A stretch of 64,000 bases of DNA from Trichosphaerium sp. ATCC 40318 (taxonomy: Eukaryota > Protista > Tubulinea), in the NCBI GenBank assembly GCA_038496445.1, contig JALMLS010000085.1, positions 124,001-188,000 of the forward strand, given 5' to 3'. The position numbers were made by a program, and so were the translations under genes. Positions 1 to 10,968 of the stretch are shown piece after piece. Position 1 is the first letter of the stretch; every line of letters starts with the position of its first letter. The notes beneath the pieces were generated by a model that was not told the origin of the DNA, did not search any database, and saw only the letters and a program-made list of their open reading frames with translations.

Positions 1-539
1 TTAGATACAAGTAACCGCTATGAAGCCGAAAAAAGCATTGAACCTCCATGTGGTGCGTTTGGCTACAAAAGAAATAAGTTAACAAAGATTAACAAAAAAT
101 CAACTTGCCAATAAGTGCATGAATTTAATCTGCTTACAACAACACCGACCATCTCTTTCTCCGTCCTTGTTAGCTTATCATCATTGTGCATTATCTGAGT
201 ATACATGGCAAAATGCGTCTTTAGTGTTTCAATATTGAGAGAGTGGATTTTCATGACGTTGTCAACTTTAAGCAAAGAAAGGGTTAAAACTGAACTTGGG
301 AAGGGCAAAAAGCGAGCTCAAGTCATTTTTTTAATATTAACACGTGCCTGTACCGTCGCCGTTGCCTACTTGTTTATACCACTCCTCTAGCTCTCCTTGA
401 GCGTTTTCTTCTGATATTGTTTGTATAAATGCTATTGTTTTCTCATCTGGAGCGCAAACAGCACAGCTAGCGTCTGTGGAACACCTGTTATAAAATAAGT
501 ACGGAATTTCGAAAAAAACATGACGTGCTTGTCCGACAT
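1..539 (-). CDS. AhpD/carboxymuconolactone decarboxylase-like peroxidase (runs off window start)
   Basis: Spliced reading MSDKCSTDASCAVCAPDEKTIAFIQTISEENAQGELEEWY...VDNVMKIHSLN...LTRTEKEMVGVVVSRLNSCTYCQTHHME contains the AhpD E-x11-CxxC-x3-H motif; requires GC-AG introns 485-528 and 63-108. Confidence 0.8.
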
Positions 540-637
540 TTGTTTCTTCTGATTTTGACACATGATTGAAAAAGTCAAACCTTATCTTTGGTTGAAGTTA
601 GCTAGATTGTAGACAGTTCCACAAGCTCTAAGATCTT

Positions 638-1330
638 AGCAAGACTATAAGCCGTGCCTTTGGTTGCTGCAAAACTTCACGATCGAGAATGTTCAAGCGG
701 ATGGATGGAATCCATTTGGTACTGGAGCTGTATTTGAAAGTCACGAGGCAACTAAAGCGATGACACGTTTCATTCCCAATTCCTAAACTTGGTTTTACAC
801 ATTTTGTACTTGTTGATGTTGATAGGCTATATTGGCAAAGCTGTATCAATTGCGTGGCTACTGCCGAAGAATATGTACGAAGATTTACGTAAAAACTGTT
901 ACTTGCAAGCGTATATTCTAGTATTCCTAACACATTGGTACAACTATCCACCACGGTACTGCAACGTCTATGTAGGGCAGTACAACGTCATCAATGCAGC
1001 ATTGAATAAGCATCCTATTATTGTAAATGTAGTGGGTTTTTGCCTCCTTATATACGCCTACTTCTACGCCTCTAGTGCGTGTTATTGTAATATAAGTCAT
1101 TTGCAAAATAATACAATACTATTTAGGAACTAATCGTGTAGCATAGCTTTTTCGGTTTTAATCCCAAACTAGTACTTGTTACAAAGCGCGTATTATCCCA
1201 TAATATCGATTCCTAATGCTTACGATGGTATACAGTACCTACAACGGAGTTTGATGACACCGATTTTCGTATTATCAGATTTGCAAAAAACTGTTTCACA
1301 CTGAGCCTATTTCTGGATGATACGTCTTAA
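638..1330 (+). other. Possible small spliced gene of unknown function
   Basis: Exon-like segments bounded by GT..AG (QDYKPCLWLLQNFTIENVQADGWNPFGTGAVFESHEATKAMTR; YIGKAVSIAWLLPKN); no unique exon chain or recognisable domain. Confidence 0.2.
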
Positions 1331-1482
1331 TACCTCATAATATAGCATAGTACTAATGATAAATACGTTTGCATGTTATTTATCGTAATGAAAGTGGAGT
1401 TGTATTACGTTAAGGTGTAATATTCCGAAATTTCCGAATTTTGTACTTTAACTAAAACCAAAAATACAATAACCACACAACA

Positions 1483-2339
1483 ATGACAACAGCTACTGAG
1501 CAACTCACCAACGCACTCGCCGACCTTATGGAAGTTTCAGGACATGACCCAAACAAAATCAAAGCTCTAAAAGACAGAACTACGCCCGAAGTCGTTCTAA
1601 CCAAGCCTTCTGAGTCCTCTACAACTAAGCGCAAAGCAAGCAGTGGAAATCAGTCTATCAAGCCTCTCGAGCTTGGACTTGTAGTTAACGACCTCTCCAA
1701 CACTGATGTTATCTTGTACGTACTCTTTAAACGACGATATGAACTAAAATTGAACCACAATCAGAAATGTAAGTTGCTAACTATAACCTTAGATCACCTC
1801 TTGCTAAAGACCCATACCGCGTACCAGTAACACCACGAACACAGACTGCAACAATCTTTAACCTATTTTTGTATTTGATGTATTTCAAAAAGTCTGGTGA
1901 GGAATTTTGGAAAGAAGAAGCTGAACGTTGTTGCAACGAGCTTAGTATTCCAACAACTGGAAAAGGTGGCGCTTCAAATCTAGCTCCAGATGTACGTTTA
2001 TTACCCTTAAATCATTACTATAGCGCCTTACGTATTACCTAGGTTAATAAGAAGTACCCAGGACATGGTCATGTCATATTATTGGGTTCATTGGCGCCAC
2101 TTGTCAGATTCGCTCAACAAAACCCTGACCCGAAACAAAAAGCGAGCAGCATAAAAGCAATCCAAAAGAAATGCTCGTCTCAAAACGTTAGCAACAAATT
2201 TAAACGTGCAGTTGAAATGCAACTCGTAAATGATTTCGCAACAGCATCAGTTGCAGATGCTTTTGGAGCATTCAACAAGCTTGTCAGCCAAATCTTGTTT
2301 CTCAACTCAAACGTAGACGTTCTTGGCTTCGACATGTAA
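1483..2339 (+). CDS. 242-aa orphan protein (3 exons), possibly a phenuivirus-nucleoprotein-like endogenous viral element
   Basis: Exons 1483-1715, 1793-1991 and 2043-2339 joined by GTACGT..AG introns give an uninterrupted ORF; the viral assignment rests only on short motif resemblance. Confidence 0.7.
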
Positions 2340-2484
2340 ATCTTAAACAAACTGATCTGACTTTTACAGTCAGGTATCAATGTATAATAGCAAATATAAA
2401 TGTTCTTGGTTCTTAAAAACTATCGAGTAGTAGCACGTTGCAGCAATTTATTCTGTTTTTTTTTTTTTTGATACTCGAAAGGCT

Positions 2485-3452
2485 TCAGTGGATTTGGTTG
2501 TTTTCGAAATCAGTAGGTGCTGTGAACTTCGGTGTAGAAGAAAATGGTTTTGGGCCCTCTTGCGCCACTGGAGTCCAAAGGCCTCGATTAGGGGTTGATG
2601 TGGTATTGACGTTGTTGAGCGAACGAAAAAAGTTTTGTGATGGTGTCGGATGCTGCGGGATGGGAAGCATGCCAGGTACTGGAGCGATAGGTAGCTCAAA
2701 GCTCAGTTTGGGCACTCTATGCTATCAATGTGTTTTAGAGATGGAACACCAATTTATACGTACAACTACGGATGATAACACGTTTAATCGTTGTCGCTTT
2801 GTTTCAAAAAAGCTATTGTCAGCTTTGCGTTTTAGCGGATTTTGAAGACGCGTCATGGATGGGGTTGGCAATCGGGAAACAGCCCCTCTTGATCTCGGGT
2901 TGGGAGTGTAATCAAATTGTTGACTCATAGCTGGTCGATACGCGGTAGAGATAACTGGTTTAGTGCTGGTTCCGTGAAGCGGCTGAGTAACTTTGTTAGG
3001 AATGGAACTTTTGAACTCAAAGAAGCTACGGAATGGCCTAGCTGTAGTATCCATATTCATACGTGTAATCTACAGTTTTATAAACGCTAGTGCAGTGCAG
3101 TTCATACCTTTGGCATGGAGGCTACCGCACGCACAGGAGGGGCGATATCCGCAGCCATTGTGTAAAGCTTATCGGCCGGCTATCTATAGTTATAAACTAG
3201 CAGCTGGGGTAACATAAGGTACCGTGGGGCGGTAGGATTCTTTTCGTGGCTCGGGTTTTGCAGAAGTGAGGTCATCTTTGTGGACGAGCGCTCCAGAGCG
3301 AGAGAACGGCGTAAAATCTAAGTCCGACTTATGCATGCCTGTTTGGCAGTTTAGAAAAAAATGACGCTTAGCTCCAAGTAGTTGGTTACTATCTACGCGC
3401 GATAATATGACCACACGTAAACGTATACGTTGACACTCTTGTTTTGGGTCAT
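2485..3452 (-). CDS. Pro/Ser/Thr-rich, probably disordered protein of unknown function
   Basis: ORF pieces 3190-3459, 2725-3060 and 2485-2715 are separated by GT..AG introns; NLS-like PLKRKAD..TKRQRL; 5' exons uncertain. Confidence 0.55.
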
Positions 3453-3722
3453 TTGACAATGCTATTTTATACTGACTTCAGAAAATGCATATTATACGCG
3501 TAATATCGCGTATTATACTATAATAACGTGAACTGACCAAATACTAAAAACAGCGCCTCTCAAGTGTGAACTGCTTTCCACAACAGTCCTCATAACGAAG
3601 GTGCCATGTTGCGGCAGCACTCTGACAGGTAAAACGTAACTAGCGATAAATTCTAACGGAGTCAACGCAGAATTACTCAAAAGCCACGTTAATGCTTGTT
3701 GTGCCTTGCTATCTTTGATACT

Positions 3723-6700
3723 ATGGCCAAGCAATACGTGGTCGATCTCGCAAAGATCGTGGATGGCAATGAACCTGAAAAAGTGTTCGATTTGGGCGAG
3801 CAAATTGCAGTTGGCGGGTTTGGTAAAGTTTATAAGGTATTGGGACAAACATTGCTCTACAAGTTAATTGGAGCGTTTTTGAACGCAATGGAGTTTCAAA
3901 AAAATAAAAGGTTGTTCACTACGGGCTAAATTTCGTGTATAGGCACGCCTTATTGAAACTGGAGAGGTGATTGCAGTAAAAGTGCTTCCCTTAGTAGATA
4001 GTGCGCAAAACCGAAATTATTGTTAAATTGTACTCTTACATGCTGTCAGGTGGCGAGGATCAAACTGCTGAGATCAAATTAGAAATAGAAGTAATGAAAG
4101 AGAGCAATCACAAGAATATCATAAAGTTTTACGGTAGTTTCCTCAAGAACGATGAATTATACGTACGCGATCGGTTTTGTAAACTTTTGCACCTGCATTT
4201 TGCAATTTTTTTTTTTGTTTTGCATACTGCGGCCATTTTTATGGTAATTTTTCCCATGCGCACACAACTAGCATACAAAACGCTTTGAAATATATTTTGG
4301 GCTTTTCGTTATCTTTGAAAGGCGTCGCTTGAAAATACTGTGTCTCAACTCAGTTCAGGCGTAACAACGTGAGACATCGCATTTTAGAGACTCCACGACA
4401 ATTTTGCTCGTCACCGCGTCAAACTACCAAACTTGAACTAACCTCAAGTGTAATTGAATAGCGCGCTTATTCAACTCCGTGTTAGGCCTTACAACTAAAA
4501 ACAACTCAAAAAGAAAAAAAATAACTCAAAAAACTTTTAAAATAGCCCCAACTACTTCTTTTGTGCGCATTAGAACGATTTTACCACAACAAAAGCGCAT
4601 GCCAAATGTGTTGCGAACCACTGCTTTCAAAAAATTAGTTAACTTTTCAAAAAAAAAGGTGCCAAAAAACTATTGTTTTAGTCCTTCTTTGTTGGTGTGT
4701 TCTGCAATTATTCGGATTCGGGTTTCCTGAAAATTATAATGCACTATGACGTGCTGTTTTAGTTTATTGCTTATTTTCATTCAGGTTGCAATGGAATACT
4801 GTGAAGCGGGTGCTTTAAATGAAATCTACTTGGATATGGAACGCGGGTTCACTGAGGGCCAAATCGCGTATATTATGAAGGAAACGCTAGAGGTAGGGTA
4901 GCATTACAGTATTAAAACAATATTTATATTTTTGGAAGCTATGATTTTATTTTGTTTTTTTTCTTATTCTTGTCTTTGGTATTTAACCGTGTATTAGGGA
5001 TTGAGTTATTTGCATGATCAAGGTATCATCCACAGAGATATTAAGGGTGGTAATATTTTATTGAACAGTTTGGGTGAAATTCGCGTTGGTACGTCGGTTT
5101 CATGATATGTAGTTGGTATTAATTGCTTCCTAGTCGATTTTGGAACGTGTGGAAGGCTCACAAAGGCAATAAAGAAGCGATTTTCTTTTGTGGGTACACC
5201 ATATTGGTGCGTACTATATTTTTTTTAACCCTTGTTTTAAATTGTTATTGTTTGACATGACAAACATCGCTTCTTGTCTATTATTTCTTTTCTCTAAATC
5301 GAATAGGATGGCACCTGAGGTTATTGATAATAGTTCAACAAATGTACCATATGATGAGCATGTTGATACGTGGTCTATTGGTGTAACAGCTATTGGTACA
5401 TTTTTGTATTTGTAGAGACATAAAATTTCTGACATTTTATTCAGAGTTGGCACAGTGTGATCCTCCACTCTGTAATCTCCATCCATACCGTGCATTGATG
5501 ACTATTGCTTCAATGACTTCTCCACCTACATTTGATAAGCCTGAACTCTATTCACACAACTTTCGTGACTTTGTAGCGCAATGTCTTATTCGTGACTCTA
5601 AGAAGCGCCCTTCTTGTGCTGATTTATTAGCGGTATGATACCTTGTTCAATGTGGCATCGTCTTATGAGTATTTGTAGCATCCATTTTTGAAAGAATGTG
5701 ATAAGCAGTCTGTTCAAGAAGTAGCACATGATTTGGCTGATATTGATCTTGTCATTGAAACTACAATTGATATTGAAGAGTTTGTACGTCTATTTTTCGT
5801 CAACATATTTGTAAACAAATTATATTGTACAAATTTTCTAATCAATTGGTGTCTAGGTTACATCAATGGATGCTGCTATTGAAGAAGCAGAACAGTATAC
5901 ACATTCAGAAGACTCTAGTTCGAGTGTTGATGAATCAGGGCGTAGATCAAAAGAAAAAAGAGCTAAAAAATTAACTAAGCCTGAATCTACACCAAAGAGA
6001 AAGTATGTGCCTCATCATTTTTTTACCTGAACGTAATTGTTTTTTTTTTTCCGTAGGAGTCAAGAACGGGATAGCAAGGAAAAGAAAGGACGTGAGCGAA
6101 GTGGTTCTTCGGTTTCCAATGAGAAGGACGGCAAAGGAAGAAGAACGTCAAGAGATCGCGAGCGTGGTTCAGATAAAAAGAGAAGACCACGAAGTTCTAG
6201 TGATAAGGAAGGCAGAGAAGGTAAAGAAGATGGAGGTAAGTTTGAGAGTCAGTTTTTTTTTTCCCTCTTTGTGATTGCTTGGCGCCTTAATAGTTTTTTG
6301 TAGCCAAACGAGGTGGCCGTGAACAGCTATTGGATCCTAAGAATGAAGCTGCTAGAATGCGTAGAACTCAGAGGTTAACTGTTATGCGTACTATTGAAGG
6401 TTCAAAGAAGAATGAGATGTTAGATAAATTACGTACAAACAGACGAAAGTCTATGGCCAGAAAGAATTCTGAAGGAGTGAGTTTTGCGTATAGTGTTATC
6501 TAGATTACTGATAGTTGTTATTTTTATAGAAGAGCAATCCTGCTACTGTTGGAAAAGCTTACATGCAATTTACTTGGCGTGATGTTGTTAGCACTATCCT
6601 TAATGATCCTGAAGAAGATGGACCTAAGGTCGACAAAGCCCTTCTCAGCAAACAATTAAAGTACGTCTATTATATACTGAGTGGTCTCATGTGAACCTTA

Positions 6701-9085
6701 TGCTATTTTTATTGTGTTTGTCTCTTTGTTTTGAGTTATTCTAAGAGAGAAACTTATTAACGGTTTTTAAAGGGAGATGCAAAAATTGAAAAAGAAACAG
6801 ATTACTGTTGAACAAAAATTAAAGGCTGATCAACAAAATGAGATTGAACAAATGAAGAAGACTGAAGCTAACAAAAGGATTGCTGTATGTTTGTTGCCAA
6901 GTCTTTGGCATTTTTTTTAATTTATTGTTGTCTGTTGGTGATTGTGGTCTTAACTTGGGTTTTTAGGGTAAAAAGGCGTTTTTGGAGCGTGCAAAAGCTC
7001 GTGCAAAAGCCAAGGAGCGTGAAGCTCAGAAGGTAAAAACAGAGTGGGATGGTGAAGTGAAAAAGGTTAAGAGAGCTCAAGAAAAAGAGCGTGCAGCTTT
7101 ATATGAAACCATAGCAGCCTCTGTAAGTGTTTTTACTTGTTTTACAGTATAATCATTTACTCACCTTCGCTCTAGGAAGCAGATAAACACAGAGCTTTCA
7201 AGCGGTCCAATAAGGACAAGGAAGACGAGTTTAAAGCCAGTATCAAGGGCTTGAACAAGAACACTGATCGTGAGAAGATTGCTGAGATGAAATCTAATTA
7301 TGAGAACATTTCACGTTATGTACGTACTAAGGAAGACACGGATAATACTCCAATGTTATTGTTTCGTTTTTTGACTTTCTTCATTAGCACCAAAAGGTTT
7401 TTGAAAATAATCTTGAGGAAGAACGCTACTTGCAACTTGGAGAACAAGAAATTAAGCATAAAGCTGCTCTTGCTGAGCTTCATTTACGTTTGATTGACTT
7501 GCAAGGTAAAGCAGAGGCTCAAGATATTCAAGACGAGATGGCGTATGAACTAGAGGATGTAAGGATTGCTCATCGTAGTAATGCTGAGCTTGCGAAGGTA
7601 ATTTTTTTTTTTCAAGTTAAAAAATTTGTCAATAGCTAATGTTGAGTCTCTAGACTCGTTTCCAAAAGGGCAAGAATCAAGCCGAAAAATACAACGCCAT
7701 GATCAAACACCATCAGAAAGTCCGTCAGAACCTTGAGATTGAGCATTTGGCAAAACGTCAAGAATCAGAAAAGAAGTTATGTTTGAGAGAGTGGAAAGAG
7801 TTGCGTAAAGCAAAGGAAAATGAACAGCAGCAAGTATTGAAAAAATGGAAAGATCAAGGCATGGCCAGAGAAAGCTTGATTATTGAAGTTGAGAAGTTAA
7901 GAAAGAGTACGTTTTTTTTCCTCTGGGCTTCCCTTCCCTTCTCCGTTCTTACTGGATTTCTCTTGTACTTGTACTTACTTTTATAGAACTCGATAACCAT
8001 GAGGAAAAATTAATGGCTAAGTTCAAGTCTGGACAAGAGGAGGTACGTTTGATTGCATTCTGTTTTCTATTTTCAACTTTTGATTTTTATTATTCACTGA
8101 GCTTGTAGGAACGTGCCTTATTGAGAACACATCACGAGCGTGTTGCAAAAGCGGCCACTGATAGGTTCCAGAAACGTATTTCTGGTAAATCTGGTAAACA
8201 CACTGACGAGAATCAAGGTATGAGAAATCATTTAGTAAGCTTTTTGCTCAGTTCTTTTTTACAGACCTCAAAAACTCGTTTGAGATGGAATTACTTGATG
8301 TTCGCGCCAAGATGGAAGAAGTCCGAGAGGTAATTAATAATAAGCGTTGGCTTGTTTGTATCTCTAACATTACTTGCTTCAGGGTGTTATTGGTCGTGTT
8401 AAATTGAGAAGATTGAAGGAAGATCGTGAAAGTCATTGGAAATTGTTGAAACTCAAGTTAGAGCATAAACTCGCTCGTCTGCAAAGACGTATTGTCCATG
8501 TTAAGGATCTCTTGGTTCTTGCTGAGAAGGTACGTACAGCATAGTTTTTTATTTGACATAAGTTAACTTTTTTGGTTTTTAGTGTCCTAAGGATTCAGCG
8601 CCAATACAAGACGCCAAAGATCAGAAGAAAAGGGTCAAACAGGCTGAAGCGCAAATAACAGCTTTACGCCGTGGTCTTGAGGACGAACGCGAAAAACACG
8701 AAGCACAGCTAGTCAAATCGTGAGTAGCCTTTGTTAACTAACTTTTGACGCTTTTTGCTAACTTTTGTTGACAGGGTTGAAGCACTTAAGGACGATACCA
8801 AACGGACAAAGGAGTTTGTTAGAAAGGAGAATGAAGATAAGAGGCAACGCTTGATTAACGGCGATAAGGATCAAGTACATCATAACCGTACTCGTAGCGC
8901 GCCTAAACCATCTAATAAAAACCCTCGTGACTCGCCTAAGGTACGATATCTTTAGTTTGAGAATTTTGTTGTTGGCTTACAATTTCTTTTAGAAACACCG
9001 CAGGCATCATGCAGGCGCCAAATCTGTTGATAGAGGTCGGGACCATGTTCACGGCTCTCCTAAACCAAGAACTCATCGACTCTAA
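3723..9085 (+). CDS. STE20/GCK-family Ser/Thr kinase with long C-terminal coiled coil (SLK/LOK/TAO-like architecture)
   Basis: [34 protein letters not shown] and the STE20 signature FVGTPYWMAPEVI; about 25 exons; charged coiled-coil tail. Confidence 0.92.
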
Positions 9086-9311
9086 ACTGTAAATACCTCC
9101 AAAGAAGAACAAAATTATTTAATCAACACAGTGTAAATTAAAGCGAGGGTTCTATGCCCCAGTCGAGCCGCAGTATGGTGTCCTGGTTGTTTTAGGTTTT
9201 AAAACCGCGCTTAAGCCACGTGAAATATCAAAAGGTTGTACCAAGTGTTGTGACATAAAGTACACCAGCAATCGATGAGGTTTTGCGTCCTTTTACCTCT
9301 ACGACAACATT

Positions 9312-10889
9312 ATGGCTAGTGCTGTACGCTCCACACTAAACAGGAGCTGGAAGCATCATAAACGCGTGTCTTACGGGTACTGGAATGATTTGGAGAACCA
9401 ACGCGCTATTTTTGAGGGTATAGCTGAAAGATTGCGTGTTAAAGACTTACGAGACTGGCAGTCGATAAGTACATACAAAATACGCGATCTAGGAGGTAGA
9501 GCTGTTGTAAATAAGAAGTAAGCAAATTTCAGTTGCCTCCTTTGTTCTAATACAAGCCCAAGATACGGTGGATCATTCGTTCACGCGCTTCAGAACATTT
9601 ACCCTCGTTTTGATTGGGATCCTACTGAGTTTCGGTGCGAACTTCGGCATTACATGAAAATTTTTCGTTTATGTTATCTTAGAAAGGTTCCTTTAGGATA
9701 CTGGGAGCCTGTAGCTAATCAAAAAAAATTACTGAATAGTGCAGGTGCTAAACTTGACATAAAGCATCTAGATGACTGGCAATCAATTAAGACTGCTCAT
9801 ATATTTGCTTTCACTGGAATTCGATACATTCTACAGACCATGTACTTCCTAGTAACTCCTGTGTTGTATTTTCATTCTCTTACAACATACAGGTACAATA
9901 ATTCTCTCCCGAGAATGCTTAGACGCGTTTTTAACCATCACAAATGGACAAATTCAACATTTGATAAAGGTGAACGTCATGTTGTGAGTTTCGCAGCTCG
10001 TGCTCTTCGACATGGCCTGTACGTCGCTTCTCAGTCTACATGCGTACTAAATAATGATATAAAGGAGGCTAGAATACATTAATAAAGCTTTAATCCGATA
10101 CAATCTTCAATACGGAAATTTGGAACATTTGCACTTATGGAGAAAAATACCAATCCGTTGTGGCCTCACAAGGCAGAAGTACGTATTACAAACCCCAACG
10201 TGCTTGCTCAGAGGCAGAGGAGTAGTATATAGGTAGATATACTTATAGCACTGTAGGTGGTTATTCTATTGCATAAAGCAGTTATATCCTGACTGTACTG
10301 TTCAAGAAGAATTCCTATTTGATGTTCGAAGCGACACTGGTATTATCTTAAGTCTGGATGTATTTGTTGTGGAGCGTAATATTGGATTTGAATATCAAGG
10401 TAAGCCTCCATCACATTTTTTTTGCTAGTGGTAAAACAAACCTGTTTGGGTACCTTGTACTCAATGCTCATTACGGCTTGTTATAGGTGAACAGCACTAT
10501 TTAGAAGGTGTATTTGCAGAGGGAGATCCTCTGATAAAGCGTCAAGCCAGTGATGTTGTGAAAGCAGAACAATGTCGGAACATGGGTATTTTTGATAACA
10601 AGTAACTTTATTTCTTTGGTGTTTGACAATACTTTGTAGGTATCACACTTGTTCATGTTCCGTACTGGTGGCCATCTGATATATCTTCATTGATGACTTA
10701 CATTGAGGGCAGTATTAATGGTGTACCAACGCCTAGAAGCAGTCAAGCTCATCTTGAAAGTGATTCCAATCAACGCTTTTTTAACAAGAGTGCTACTCTA
10801 ATGACCCCAAATCAAAAGCTTGTTCAGACGTCTTTCTGAATGCTGTTTATAATAAACAACCTGTATAGATACAAAAAAGTGTTAAGTGA
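9312..10889 (+). CDS. W-rich helical-repeat protein with C-terminal RAP/Vsr-like PD-(D/E)XK nuclease fold
   Basis: Two repeats of GYW..N.(R/K)...L.(V/I)K.L.DW.SI....I...G.....Y..S....L...(Y/F)...W, then LDVFVVERNIGFEYQGEQHY...D..K...C...GITLVHVPYWW. Confidence 0.75.
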
Positions 10890-10968
10890 GGAGTCTAAGT
10901 CGAGTAAATATAGTCGCTTTTCACTGTCAAAAACTGTTTGCAGGTTTTGTTGAATAAGTTGAAGAGAC

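Noticed and set aside
60-120. Selenocysteine (CxxU) version of AhpD
   Set aside because: The split codon is TG|C (Cys) at the only good acceptor; no in-frame TGA
1765-1768. 4-nt micro-exon AAAT between CAG and GTAAGT
   Set aside because: Including it shifts the frame into a stop; the single intron 1716-1792 keeps the ORF open
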